Origin: Tubiluchus corallicola
Taxonomy: Eukaryota > Animalia > Priapulida
Reading direction: 5' to 3'
Assembly (NCBI GenBank): GCA_030141605.1
Contig: JAQGDQ010000223.1
Span: 132,204 to 196,203 of the forward strand
DNA length: 64,000 nt
The notes under the pieces were generated by a model that ran no database searches, was not told the origin of the DNA, and saw only the letters and a list, made by a program, of their open reading frames with translations. Shown here in pieces: positions 13,613 through 28,004 of the stretch (positions are counted from its first letter, which is position 1; every line of letters starts with the position of its first letter). The position numbers were made by a program, and so were the translations under genes.

Positions 13613-15090
13613 TTCGCGGTTTCTGTATACCGGTCAAACGACATACATTCTAAAAATATATGTCAGGAATTTTTGAACGACTGTGTACTTGCACTGATAA
13701 TATGCCAGTAATTTTTTCGTCGCAGTTTTTTAGTATGATTCACTGCACCAGCGCAGACACTTCCCATGTTACCATGACAACAAACGTTTGTTTTGAGTAG
13801 CTGTAATCATTACTGCCGAGACAATGTTTCTAGTGTGAAGTTTGTGATGTTAGTTTATAGGCTACTACAAAATTTGCACTTTTTGACAAACAGCCTCTGT
13901 TCAAAGACGTAATGATCAACAAACAGTGGTGTTCTGTTTAATACTCGGCTTCTCAAAATAAAACACGTGACATCTGTTTTCGATAAAATTTACAAAAGTT
14001 AATCTTGTTTTCTATAAATGTAGTAATTGGTTGAATTAATGGTTTTTTTACGTCACAACAAATGACTAGAAAAGTCAATGATGATATATTGAGGGAGATT
14101 AAAGTGAACAATCTATTTGCACAAAATGCTTCTAATAAAAGTTACTCAACAAGGAACAAGGTATATCTTCATAAAGTTTCTCATAAGATGTTTGTGAAAT
14201 CTATCTGCTTGTAAAAATATATACAGCTTTGCCTTGATGGTTCCAGTTTTTACTAGTACAAAACAATTCTGTTATCTCGTAACTTATGATTAAACTGCCA
14301 TCCTCGCCCTTACAATAATTATTTTAAAATCTGAAAGGAACTTATCTTCTTTACTTCCATTAAATGACAAAATTCCTTCGTTCCTGCACTATTGTATTGT
14401 TTGTCAATAATAGTGTAGTAGCAGAAGTGCTGTTTTCTGTAAGAAAACGTCCACACATTTTAAAATCTAAGGACCTGAATACCCCTGCATTTCTTTTAAA
14501 ACATGTCAGAAGTTTAAAAGTCCCCTTAATTTAGAGACTATATTTCTCTACCATAATTCAAGACTATATATTTTTTGGTCTTTTGGTTGATTTTGCTAGT
14601 TTTGCTGTTGTGGCAAAATGAAACCGCTTCTTTCGATAAGAGAAAACCTGTCTAGACGTTACAAAAAAACATGTTAATTGCAAAACAGTTCGGTTCGCTT
14701 TTTTTGCTTTAAAATAATTAATGCTTTTTACTGTGTGACATAATACTTTTTTGTGTTGTTTACACTACATTATGCGCTTCACTGTTAGTATATATGTCTG
14801 GTTTCCATTAGTAATGTTAAGCTGCTGTCGGCTGTAACAGTATTAAACTACCGGCTTCAAAACACACTGTATCTCATTGATGTCGATAGTAGTACGTGGC
14901 AGGTGAAAAGTAATCATAACATTTTTATTATTTTGCTGAAAATAAATTACTTTGAGAGGGCAATACAAAAGGTTGGAAATATGTAGCATATTTTAAAATG
15001 TTTTTTGAGCTGTAAAAGGGACTGATGTTTTCTTCAACACACCGTCACTTAATCAAATAATTATTATAATTTTACTGTCACAATTTTAAT

Positions 15091-15239
15091 GATGTTGCAA
15101 ATCCACAAATTATTAAATTTTGATACTAAACATGAAGGACAGGAAATGTGAGAATGGGAAAAATGTAATTTAGTCTGGATTAGAACCAGGAATCTTCAGC
15201 TTGCAAGCCAGACGCTATAGACCGCTACGTCACAAGACC
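15091..15239 (-). mobile_element. tRNA-headed SINE (family A), copy 1
   Basis: Reverse complement GGTCTTGTGACGTAGCGGTCTATAGCGTCTGGCTTGCAAGCTGAAGATTCCTGGTTCTAATCCAGAC is tRNA-like, followed by body ACATTTCCTGTC...AAAATTTAATAATTTGTGG shared with other copies. Confidence 0.55.
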
Positions 15240-15425
15240 AACAACCTTGGCATCAACTTTATTACAATCATTAAGTAATTACCCGCAGAAATATCAGGCT
15301 GAAATTAATCAAAATAAAAAAATAAGCGAATTAATTAGAATCACTCTGGTGTGGGTAATCTATTACAGGAACTGCTGAATTATGTTGTCTAGCTGTAAGG
15401 AATGAATAGGGGCTGCCTTGATCAC

Positions 15426-15585
15426 TGGTGAATGCAGTGCCTTAGGTGTTTAACACATAAGCACCAGTTCAAGTCCAATAAAACAAAATGTTCCCAGTTC
15501 AAATCCAGGTGCAATATAAATTTTTCAAATTTCCTGTCTTTCAATTTTGGGATCAAAATTTAACTAATTATGGGATTGCAATGCC
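15426..15585 (+). mobile_element. tRNA-headed SINE (family A), copy 2
   Basis: B-box AGTTCAAATCCAGG, then AAATTTCCTGTC...CAAAATTTAACTAATTATGGGATTGCAA, matching the copy 1 body. Confidence 0.5.
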
Positions 15586-18500
15586 ACGGCTTCCCTTACT
15601 CTCTGAGATATTGATGGCGTGGCTGTTTCTGTAGTCTTCTGTATCTTCAATTAACGAAGTGAAATCTAAACATCTATGTCGAAGTACTAATGAGCATTCG
15701 CTAAATAAGTGTCGTGTAATTCCAGTCTTCCTGATGGCGCTTTCTGATCTTGGTAAGTTGATGTTTGTAAATAGCGGTAGCTATCCTTGAAGTGACATTG
15801 ATTAGGAAAGGAAATAGGAGTAAATTTTAATGATAGTTATCCTGTTATCTGCTTTCGTTCAGATTCTTTCTCTCTTAGGAGATCCACTGAAGATCTGGTA
15901 TTTTAAAAGTCGTTAATCAAAAACTTGTCAAGGACTAACATTGCAATAATTCTGTTATGCCTTTCTGATGATCGAAATTCATAATCATGGTTAATTAAAC
16001 AATTGAAATTTAATTAGTACACAATTCAAAATTTATATATCCGCGGCCATATTAATTAAATTTTTGTGTTTAATATTTGTGAGTAGTTGTGAATACGTTT
16101 CATTTTTATTCGTCATAACTTTTCGTTACTGCACAGTAGTTTATATTGCACTGACGCATTTGCCTTTAGCACTGTAAGTTTTTATTAACTAACACTGATT
16201 GATCATCTCTGTAAAGTCTTTTTTCAGTAATTATCAATGTGTTTTAATGGCAAATAAAGATTTTATATATATATATATATGAACACGAGGTCAAAGGTCG
16301 GTCATTACACCACTGTCGATACCCGGGGTGTTTACCTAGTAAGATGACTAGGTACTCAGGCTTTAGAGTTTGTAGTGTCGTAGCGAAGAAAACAAGATAA
16401 AAAAATTAAGATACATTGCGGAATCTTAATTAATGTACTTTCACGATTAATGTTGTTCATATTCAGAAGTGCAAATTCAAATTCTCTGTAGCTGACAGTG
16501 ACAGAATTTGCTTTCGTTTGCCGAGTCTGAAAATCACTTTAAAATAGCTAATTTAAACAGCCTGGTCATGTAATTTAACACTTTACACGGTGACTTGCGT
16601 GAAGTCTCCAAGGTTTTACTTGTAAGTCGAGGAACTGTGTGCTTGTGTTACATCGCAAACTGTACACGATAATTGAATGTCAACACCATCAGACATTGGC
16701 TTTCACATAGTCTGAAACCTGTTAACTATGTATGAGCCGAAACCTTTTCATTAGCAAGAAAATGAAAATTTATAAATACGGCTCAATAGGAATTGCTCAC
16801 TGATCTGTTTAACTTATTACATTAAAGTGAAGCTTAATTAGAGGCAACTGCGCACTCTTTGCCTCGTGTTTAAATTTTTGATTAATTTGCTGCCGCAAAA
16901 TGCTTTGAAATTAAGATCATCTCGAGTGTTTAATGCTTTTTTATATGCTGCCGTAACGAAGCAGAAGTCTTGGCAAGAATTGAATTGAAAGAAGAACGAA
17001 CGCAGAAATAGTTTCAGCAAAAACGCACCGTGTAAATAGACTCTAAGGCAGAACGTCGGTACAGATTAAACTACAGGTCTATGGACACCCCGTTGACGTA
17101 CCCAAAGACATTGCAGATATTTTTACTTTTCGACGATAACAGTATTCTAATTCGCTGCTATAGGCCACATTAGCCATTTTGACATCATGACCACTGTTGA
17201 CTGGACGACGACAAGTAGACAGCCATTGCCAATGTCTTTCAACGACCAACTAATTGAGCATAGCTAAAAAAAGTTGTGAGGTGGTAGCTTGAGCAAACCT
17301 ACATGCAGTAGGGCAGTTAAATAGGCTCAAGTTCAGGAAGCAGGAACATTAGATTACAAAAAACATGTAACCAAAGGACCACTCTTCAAGGTCTAATGAA
17401 AATGTTTGAAAGATGAATGAAGTTGAATGAAGTATTTCCATATATAGTAAATTTATCGCTATCTATGAAATCCAAGAAGACATAAACACCAGTTTACTAA
17501 GCTGAAGTCTAAAAGTTACAGGCATTTGGATGGATTTAACGAGCAGATCCTCTTCTGCAACAGCAGCTATAACATTTGCAGCATATTTTCAACACATATA
17601 TGGCTTTCATTTGTCCAGTGACATAAAGGCCCAAAACCTATGTTAGATGAATTCACTTACAAGCCAGAAAAGGGCAGTTACACGTACGTATATGCTGATT
17701 TTACCTTACTGGCAGGATATGTAACCTCTCATACAAGCTTTTGTTCTGCGATTGCAAGACAGTTCAGTTCAATTCTGTCTTTTGCTTTTGCTTACCATTT
17801 TTTCTACCGCACATTGTATTTTTGCCAGTATTGTCCGTTACTTGAGCGCAGGTTACTTTAGAACCAAAGTAGACTGTCACTTTCATTTTAACGTTAGATT
17901 AGTTCTTAAGCTTCTGGAAATTTGCTACTCAAGCGCTGAGCTGTTAGGTGTGTTTTTACAACTCTAGCTCTGACAAAGGTATTTTTATAATGTCTGAAAA
18001 TGTCCAAATTAAATTTTCTCGGTCCATTTATTCAAAGCCTAATTAGAATGAGTTGTATGTTTAGATTGAAAAGACTTCATGGACTGATTATTAGTAAACC
18101 GAAGCTATCTATCTTCGAGACATGTATCATAAAGAAAAACAGTGCAAATACTGTGGGATTCAGTTTTTAAGTCTTTAAAATATCTTTCTTCACTCTGCGC
18201 ACCGACTCAAATCATCAAAACACGTCCTAGTTATCTAAAGATGATGTGCGGTTTTTCACTCTATTTGTCACTATTTGGCAAATAAGAAAGAGCTGTGGAG
18301 TTTTAATGAAATACCATGCAATGTATATGTATATGGAAACTCTTAAAGTAAGTAAACATAGAGTATACAGGTACTTAGCATTACAAGTAATTAATTTTTT
18401 AAACGCAATGTAAAATTCAAGGTCATCATTTCAGTAGAAACAGAAAGAATAAAATTAATCTGTAGCCATGAGTAACTCACTCAAATTAAATGAGGAAAAC

Positions 18501-18589
18501 ATGCGTCCTATAGTTAATTATGTGTTATACAATAATAATTTGTCTACCTATTAAGGAAGACCTTCACTGTCTTAATAACTGGGGAATAC

Positions 18590-18712
18590 GGTGATTAGTG
18601 GTCTAAGGCATTTGACTTGTGATCCCTTGTTCAAATTTGGATTCCAACATTTTCACATTAAATTTCCTGTTTTTTAATTTTGCTATCGAAATTTAATTAA
18701 TTGTGGGTTACA
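18590..18712 (+). mobile_element. tRNA-headed SINE (family A), copy 3
   Basis: A-box-like TAGTGGTCTAAGGC and GTTCAAAT, then AAATTTCCTGT...GAAATTTAATTAATTGTGGG body. Confidence 0.45.
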
Positions 18713-20507
18713 CATACAATAAGTTCCATAAGTTTTAAAATCAGACATGCTTACCAATGCGAGCAAACCAGGTATACATAAAATTATGCAGCAGGTGGCA
18801 GACAGCATCAAAAATACCTCTGATGAAGCCAGCACCACAGGTCGAAGGCTTACTTTCAGCATAATAGATCTCTTTCACTGGATCGTGACATTTAAGCGAA
18901 GTAACAGGCAAAAATGACATACCTATCACATAAGTCTGCTTACAAAAATACTTGTAAAATATCATGTGTCATTTCATCATGTAGCCTTACACTTTAGTAA
19001 GAACAAATCTTGCAGAAAGTGTAGCAATCTGTAGGAACAATCGTACGTCATTATACAAAACATCTTTCACTGAAGATTATTTAGGGGCTGTTTTTACAAC
19101 GGATGTCTCGTCATCCACTGAATGACAAAATGTAATGTGTTCTGCGCAGATAAGTACGTATGTCTTTATTAAGGTTTATACGAGAGTCCCAGTGCCTCAG
19201 AGGTAGTGCATTACCTCGGTGTAGATTTAATTATCCGTAGGCAGTTTGCACAGCTCTTCACAACTTGCACATACTCACTAGTGTGTTAGGTATCTAATGA
19301 GTGCTCAACGTTTGATTAACCTTTTGCGCGGATCGCCCATGCAGACGCTGTGTTCAGGTGAGACTCAGGTGCGCTTTGTGGCGGTGAACGCTTTGCCATT
19401 TCGTCGCGTCGGATTTAATTTCCGGAGTTTTCAAAATAAATGTGGATTTAACGTCAATTTCAGCCGGAAGCACATGACGCGTTTATCACACATTCTGTTG
19501 TACGCAAATACTGCATCGCAAATAATGATTTCGTATTTAAATAACGCAGATTAAAACAAAAATCGGCAAATTTGCACAGATGCACAAAATGCAGTTTGAA
19601 TATTATTTTTTGCGATGTTACAAATTAAATAAAAACAAGCCGCCTTCAAAGTACAGTATCAGGAAATATTTCCTGCACATGCGATGCTATTTATTGTGTG
19701 GCTGTCTGGTTGCCAGCTGACTTATGCGCAACTCGGCAACAGAAACACCAAAAGAGTTAAACGAACATGTCATAATCTTCTGAATTTTTCGCAAACAACA
19801 TCAGCCTGTGGTTAGTAGAGTAATCATAGACCAAGGCTAGAATTTCTCGTCTGCGTTTGAGCTCATTAGACCATACCCGTGCTGCTGTAAAATTTTGCTG
19901 ATTCTGGTTGAACAAGAATTGAAGTCTCTTCCCTTTCAATCAGATGGCTTCGCATAACAGATAACAAACATAATGACCCCAGCTTTTGTAATAATGTGTG
20001 CTTTAATTGCGCACTAGGTGTAATAAAGTAATTCAATTTGCTCTCATCAAGTGAAGCTTGTCTATGTAGGCGACATTACACTGCCAGTTAAAGCTCGTTC
20101 ACATGTGTTACTAGGTTTAATTTTTATAACCCAACCACGCATTCATTTTCCGGGAATTATTACCTCAATGCACACAGAACTAGAATAATGTGAAACAAGT
20201 GAGTTATATAGGCTTCAATAGAACAATTTATCACGTGACACGCATGGCTTCTCTGTGTAACACCTGCGCAAACAGAGGAGTATTTAATGAAACCGTGATT
20301 GTGCAACACTGCTTAGCGAAGCTCAGCCCATGGGAATAAAACAAAGTCTAGTTTTAGAATAATAACCTCAGACTCGAATAGTCGCAGAGGAATTAAGAAA
20401 TAATGTTTCTGAACGGCCCTCTAATGCTACTGGGTCGGCTAGGAAAAAAGTCAACATCAAAAGGCACAACAATTTAGTAGAATAGTAATGAATATGCTAC
20501 GCACAAA

Positions 20508-21520
20508 CATATATTACACACAAATAAAATTTAGTTGTAAGGTTTGTTTCACTTTTGCTTGTTTAAATGCATGACAACAAATTAGCAAATTTTACAAAAA
20601 CGTGTTGTTTTAAATCAGTGGTTCCCAAAGTAGGGGTAAATTACCCCCCGGGGGTAATATGTTTTTTTTTGGGGGGGGGGGGGTAACGGGCACCCCTCTG
20701 AAAATTTTTAAAACTTCGCTCGGAATGCATTTTACATAGTTTTCTTCTTGAAGAGACTGGCGTCCGAAAAACAGGCTCATCCGTCCCACTAACTGAAATT
20801 TTGTTGTTGTCATTCATTTCTTCTTGTTTTCGTTTGTTCGAGTAATAATTACTCGAACGAACCTGCTCACTCAGTAATGAGCAGGTTCAGTAATTGTAAT
20901 TCTTGTTTTGGCAACAATACAACAACAACACCTGGAAATTTATTTATGTCACGAGCAAACATAAATAATTTTGCTTGCTTGTGGCATATACGTGTGTTTA
21001 CTTTTTGAGTTGGAGAAGTAGTACTAGGTGGTGGGTAATGGACACGACCGGGTTTCCCGATTTGGGTAACGGTCCGAGAAAGTTTGGGAACCACTGTTTT
21101 AAATGATAAAAAACTCCACTTTCGATACTTCTTTATCACATAACTTCGAATATTGTTGTATGTGCTTTCCATCACTTTCGATCACTTTGCGGTGCCTAGG
21201 CGAGAATTGGTCAATAACTGAAGTAATCTCATTTTGCAGAAATTTAGCTCATTCTTGAAGCAGTTTTTTATTTCAGAAACATATTTGATTTTTCTTGTGC
21301 TATACACTCGCTGAGATAAGTTGTTCCACATGCTGAAATATATAAGATTTTTCTAGTTAACAAATTTAAAGCCGAGTTTCTGTTCAATTTAAAACAGTAT
21401 TTTTTGGAAAGATTTTCCTTTCTTTGTTAAGGAATACAATTCCAAACATTTTTTAAAAAAATCAACAAAAACAAGACACAAACCTTACAACGAATTTTTT
21501 TCTTATGTGTAAAATATATA
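20508..21520. mobile_element. Older TIR element hosting a nested hAT MITE
   Basis: Left TACAC...AAAATTTAGTTGTAAGGTTTGT pairs with right ACAAACCTTACAACGAATTTTTT...GTGTA. Confidence 0.5.
20616..21096. mobile_element. hAT (Charlie-type) MITE
   Basis: Perfect 14-bp TIR CAGTGGTTCCCAAA...TTTGGGAACCACTG with perfect 8-bp TSD TTTTAAAT (20608-20615, 21097-21104). Confidence 0.9.
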
Positions 21521-23766
21521 TGCTGCTCTTTCCAGTGCCCATCAGCGGCTGTCATTTTGGTAGATACGGCATAGTTTGAACCTAATTAATAATCTTTTGT
21601 CTTTCTTTCTTGTGCTGTCTTATCTGGTAGGATGCAGCACGGTCAAGCTAAGGCTGTCGACCCCCTGACGGCTCTCAGTCGAGGGCTTCGTAAAAATATA
21701 TATACACATGTTCGCTGTTATTCCCTTAATGTCTTTGTTCTTTTTTTGGCTTGTAGATTTTATTTTATTAAAGAATTTGTCGGGAATGATCTTTCTAGAC
21801 GACTCTGCAATTTAATATAAAAAAATCATCTTTCATGCGTTAATTAAGAGAAGTTCGTGTGTCCTTCTGGTATCCAGACTTTTAATGATACTAGAATTAC
21901 TGACACACAATACTGGCAAAGAAGAACAACAAGATGCGAATATTACTTCACACGTCAAATACAAACCTTAATTCATCCATACACGTCAAAATCCTTAGAT
22001 TAGGGTGAATAAAAGAGCTGGGCAAAATACATATATTCTACGTTGTCTTTTCTCTATTTATAAATTATACAGACACGGAACCATTCGCTGTTCGACCTTT
22101 GACGGTCATATCATATGCCGTCATATCAAGATGGGACTTTTTGATGCCTGACTTAGTAGACAGTTTGGACAGTTTTAATAATTTAGAACCCGCGCAGATT
22201 TTAAATGGTAGTAGTAGTAAGTTTATTGACATGTCCAAGCAATTATAAAAAGTTACTAAATTATACAGAGTTGCACTATGACAGACCTATAAATAACATG
22301 CACACAAACTTTCAGAATGCGTACATAACTGAAATGTATAATAAGCGTTTTCTACGCGGGACATTTCATGAAATGTGCACCCAATGTTACAAAGATCACA
22401 ATTGAAATTGTTTCATAACGATGATTCTCATCATTTCTGATTGTATTGATAAATCAATAAATAAGCTTAAGTGCCTCTAAACTAAACTGTTACACAGGCA
22501 ACGCTAAAACACAGGCTACTAATCCTGCTTTACTGCAAGGGTATGGTCCTCTTCCTCCCACTCCTCCTCCTCTTTCTCTTTGTTTCAGCTGCTTTACAGT
22601 TTTGCTGAGGCCAAATAAGAACGAATGAAAGTCAAGCGGAAATAATTTTTAAAACTACAAAAAAGAGCGCAACCTTAGTACATTTAAAAATCTAAATTTA
22701 CACTGTCCAGGAGAGTGGCCATTTAATACAAGAGACAGCAGTTTGAGAAAATAAATGCAGGCCCAGAAAAATTGAATTCTGATAATTAATTTGCAAGTAA
22801 TTGGAGGTATCTATTGGTGTTTTCTTGAAAAATATTTGTAAAAGCGAAATTGGTTGTTTGTATGAAGTTGCTACCAACATTGTAAATGACAAGAACTTAC
22901 AGAAGACCAGTTGTGGGTGCAGTTTATTCACTCTGCAATTATACCAAGTTGACTTTTTATGTGTGAAGTTTCTAAGCACAACCCACTTCGCCTCTCAGTA
23001 AAGGTAATTGCCTCGTTGCCATGACAACGCGGTTTTGTTTTCAGTGTCTGTAATTGCGGCAAAGCGATGCTTTTAAAAGTGAAGCCAGTGGCATCAGGTT
23101 AGGTGACCATAATAATTATTGCGCATGAAATTCGTTGTGTACATATGTTGTTTAAAGTTATTTTGATAATTAGTTCTGTTCAGTCACACAATTAAAGGAA
23201 AACAGGGCCTAGTCTTAAGCTGTAGTTCAAAGCAGTTTTTTCAGGAATGACTTACGTGAAAGTATTATTACCACAAAAACGCAATTTTGCGTTCGCGCTG
23301 CTAGTTCTTCGCTATTACATGCATTTCGCCATTCGCTAGTTAGACGGACACTAGCGCTTTTTTCTTGGAAGCAGGTTGCACAAAAACAGGCGTTGTAGTT
23401 CTCACTTCAGAGGTGTTCGTTTGTGACGTAGTACACACGCATTAGCAAAGCAATAAACTTGAAATTTAAATTTTAAACTTGAAATTTGCCCAGTTTTTAT
23501 GTATCACAGTAGCTTCAATTTTTGCTTTCGTAAATACGTGCAATACGCTCGTGGACTGTTTGTCCTGTTGAAAATTATGTTCAGTTGTGTAGTCACCCGA
23601 CAGTAGTTAAGCTTGCACTCCAAAAATTAAAGTTTATAACCTATTATTTAGTTATCAGAAATATTTTGACATTATTATAGCTCTTAAAATGTATAATTAG
23701 GCAGAAATGCTAAACTAGAAAATGTATAATTAGGCTGAAATGCTAAATTAGAAAAGTCAGTATTGT

Positions 23767-23968
<202 letters not shown>

Positions 23969-25252
23969 TAGTTATTGCATTTTGTTCGAGTGAGGCGGGC
24001 TTCCCGAGTTACAACATTATTCCAAATGTAGATGGCAGCACTATGCAGTGATTACTTGGCCATCTGATCAATTTTTAGACTCTCAAGTTTAGCAATATGC
24101 TTGTCGCAAAAATTTATCATTAAATTTTTGTTTAATTAAACACGGACAATTCGTAACCGTTCGCTATACAAGAGAAAATTAATTAATAATAACAATGTAT
24201 ATGAAGCAGAATACTCGAAGGTTTATTAAATGGAGGACTATTACGAAATTTACGGATACCGTTTTTATATCTCTTAACTTATTGCCTAATGTTTGAAGGT
24301 AAAATCATGACGTCAAATAGTAGGACAAACACGAAAGAAGACATTTTGTTACTGTAAGTGTTACTGGAACAACAGTGATAAATTTACCTTTATAATGAGT
24401 AGTCAAGATGTCGACTTATCAGTGATGACTTGGTAATTAAAGTGATGAAAAAAAGACAGCACACTGTACTAACCCAATTAATATCATAATTACAAATAGT
24501 CCATATAACCAACTCATTAGTATTAACATCTTTTTCAAAATAAAATGAAATTTTCAACAACAATAAATACAAATAACATGAAAATTAGTTGAGCCAATAT
24601 CGTGCAATACAAACAAAATTGCATCTCACACACCTCGGTATTCTTATAATGCACAGTAAATGCAAATGCGCACAACTTTTTATAATCTTCCAATTTCTTA
24701 ATTCGTATGTATTAGCAATGTTATTAAGGCTAAACTTAGACTCGCTCTATGACAAAACATGTTGTTCGTCTTGAATTTGACCACATGATATCATCTACAC
24801 TGTTCTTAAAACATGGCTTTTGAGGTTATACACAAATAATTTTGTCATCTTTAATTGTGCCTGAAAGCCTGGCTTACTTTTCCATTTTATTAACCTTATA
24901 CCAGTTTGCCGAGTATTTCTCTATAGCAATTAATTGAGTGTATTGTCAAGTTGGGAAACCGTTTATTTAAAACTATTGACCGTAGTCTGGATTGTGGTCC
25001 TCTTGTGACACATTCTTCCCGTCTACGAATGATAGTATTTGTTCTCCCTCTCTGAAGACTAGTAAACATTAAACATATCTCGCCTTGGTTACTAAGTAGA
25101 AAGAAACTTGAGCCATTGAAACCTTACGCAATTCGCTGCTTTCTCGCAAAGCCATTGGAGAGTCAACTTTATGATGGTTCAGTGGCTTAGTGCTGGGTAA
25201 CCAGACTAATGAATTGATATTGCTCGTATGTTCAGCGTTGGCCCATGTTTAA

Positions 25253-25454
25253 CGGCACGTTCAGACTAGAGAGTTTCTCTCGACTGTTCTCTTTGAAAGT
25301 TCTCGCAATGAATAGAGTTTGCAAGAAACTCACGAGAGGACTCTCAGACACTTTCGGAGAGTTTTCAATAACTTGCCGAGAGAACTCGTATACAGTTCAC
25401 ACTTGCGAGTGTACTCTCATAGAAAACTATCTAGTCCTCTAGTCTGAACGCGGG
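25253..25454. mobile_element. PIF/Harbinger-like MITE
   Basis: Inverted CGTTCAGACTAGAG / CTCTAGTCTGAACG near the ends, flanked by TAA on both sides (25250-25252, 25455-25457); internal GAGAG/CTCTC-rich subrepeats. Confidence 0.6.
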
Positions 25455-27057
25455 TAACGCTATGCATAACCGACGTTGCTACTACTTAAAACAATGCGTG
25501 TCACATGTATCTTTTATTTTGAAGTTACTTATTGAAATTATCAAGTTATTCATTTTGGGCCACGAGTCAAGTAGTGTGTGAAGCTTCTCATTATGGGTAT
25601 CAAGATACTTATTGTAACTTTATTCAAGTTACTTATTTCCAGCCCATAATAATCATCTTCCTAATTCTACTGAGTTGCAAATTACCCAATAAGAACATCT
25701 AATTGCACAGATTGATAAGAACACTACACAAAAGCCTATATGAAAATAAATTCAAACTGAGTAAGAAGCTTTTCATATCGTTCGGCTTTCAAATAAGTAT
25801 AATTTTACCTGAAATTATAGTGTCGACAATGCATGTTTTCACTTTCTTGCAACAAAAGCAGGCCAAGGCATTGTACTTGGCGGAACTAGCTTAATGAGAA
25901 TGGAGTGACTACTGAAAAGTACATTTAACTGTTTTTAAATAGCTTATTCAAAGACGCGCGTCATTCCCGACATTTAAGTAAGTTCTAATTTTCATTGCAG
26001 TTTTTGGGGTTGCAAAGTGTTTACGTTCATTTTTTGTATTTCAGAATAGAAAATAGAACGGAAGTAATAATTAATTTGTAAACAAAACGGCATCGGAGAT
26101 GTAAAATATGTATTCAAATGCATAATATTCCGTCCCAGTTATAACGGGAGTCACCATCATATGTTATAACAAGATCTCTTTCAAAAAAAAAATTCATAAA
26201 GAGGTAGTTTATGAAACAAAAACGTCACAGACAAAACAGAACTAAACACAATTGTAAACCACAACTAGATGTTATTAGAATTTCAAGGACTTGATTATAT
26301 GTATGCCTTATATAAACATATATTACAGAGATTGCCCCAACATTTCGCCAAATCTGTGAAAAATTTAAAATCATTTTGATTATTATGTACGGGTTGAACT
26401 AAATTAGCCCTAGCCTTACTTCAATAAAATAACAGAACGTATGGAAGCTTTATTCAAAATCTTGTTAGAAGTGCAAGTGTTCTTTCAGTTTTGTCAATGT
26501 AGCACATATCACATTCATTGCAATTAATTTGATATATTATAAATGATTATCATTTACATAACTAAAACAACTAACAAGAGCGATTTTATAATATTTGTTT
26601 TATCAATAATTGTTTGTTATCTTCTGCGTCACTATATTTCAAGATTTAAATTTTATATGTGTCTTGTTTTTTGTATTGTGTGTATTTTGGCACTAAGAAA
26701 TATGAAATAAATATGAAATATTTATCAAAATATACTATCGTTCACAGGTTTAAAATAGTAGGTTAAGTAAACTAAACGATGACCACAGCTTATGTGTTAT
26801 ATAGCTGACCATCATTTCTCGTCATTGTCATCATCATTATTACCCACATTATCAGCAGCAACAATATGTTCACCATAAAAGCTGGAAAAGTTACTCATAT
26901 TGCACACGAGAGCGACATGTGACAGCCTAGGGGTAGTTGCTAAACTCACAGAGTGTGTTGTTTGTTTAACAACATAATTGCCAATTTCGTACAATGTCTG
27001 GTCTTTTTCAAGGTTCACAAGTGACCACTCTTGCGGGTCAGTCGTCGAAAAGTGGCA

Positions 27058-27139
27058 CATAAATATGAGGGACGTTGCTGACCACTGCATCTCATTGGTT
27101 GTCAACAGATCCCTTCAGCAGTTAGCAGCAGTTTCACAG
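27058..27139 (+). promoter_or_regulatory. Putative core promoter and non-coding first exon of the secreted-protein gene
   Basis: TATA-like CATAAATA (27058-27065), Inr-like TCATT ~30 nt downstream, strong donor CAG|GTAAGA at 27139/27140; matching acceptor TTTTCAG| at 27997, just upstream of the ATG at 28005. Confidence 0.5.
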
Positions 27140-28004
27140 GTAAGAAATGTCTTGTTTTAAAAGTGTAGGACCTGCAGATGTTGTCAAGTGCATTACTTTC
27201 ATATCAGTTATGTGTTTACTTAATTTTGTTGATTTAGCTTGGTTTTGAACTGATGGGCACAGGCCTAAAATTTATTGGAACTGTAATGAATTGAAACTTT
27301 GTTCTTTGCTCCTATGATCTCAAACAAGTTAAAGAAAAAGCGAAGTTTTAAATGGGATATCTACGCTCCTTTGCATACAGGATTCAAGATTAATTCAAGA
27401 TTTTGTTATAAAATCTTTTTAATTTTCATACAGTCATTACTTTCTTCCATTATTTATTTATTCTCGTAAACAATTTTTGAATTTTATGTTTTTGTGAATA
27501 TCGCATGTATATTTTACGTATACTTGCATTTTTCCTCGAAGTGAAAGTCCAAACTTCTAAAATTAAGAACAGAGAAATCATGCCTTTCACACTTTAGTTT
27601 GGTTACTGATTTTAATGCATCTTCAAAATTTTAACAGCTAAATACGGCGTAGAAGTAACAGTGGCAATATAATATCATAGAATACTCTCAGAAACAAAAA
27701 ATATGTTTTCCGTGCACGACTGGGCATTTTTAAATGTGTTTATACTGTATGTCTTAATTTTAAGAGCGTTTATACAGATGCTTAAACGCGGTATTTTCAA
27801 TTGTTGGCAAACTCGAAGTTATCAGTGATGACAATGTCATGAAAATGATGATCATAGTGATGATGGCCAGTATGACAATAAATTGAATGCTACAGGGATG
27901 ATTAAAATACTATTACAGTTATTCATAGGCAAAAAACAGTTTTTAAATGAGATCAAGTTTCGTCATTCACCGAGTTTTGCAGTCTGACAATTTTCAGGAA
28001 TATC

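Noticed and set aside
15170-15239. Genuine tRNA-Cys gene
   Set aside because: Stems are mismatched, the B box is mutated, and it runs into a SINE body shared with other copies.
16264-16340. DR1 nuclear-receptor element (AGGTCAAAGGTCG; similar at ~1094) or Helitron 3' end (…CCTAG|T)
   Set aside because: The motifs are short, recur in repeats and have no supporting context.
17460-18965. Multi-exon minus-strand gene suggested by several GTAAG donors and a hydrophobic peptide (MLKVSLRPVVLASSEVFLMLSATCCIILCIPGLLAL)
   Set aside because: I could not join the segments into a consistent open frame; may be non-coding or chance.
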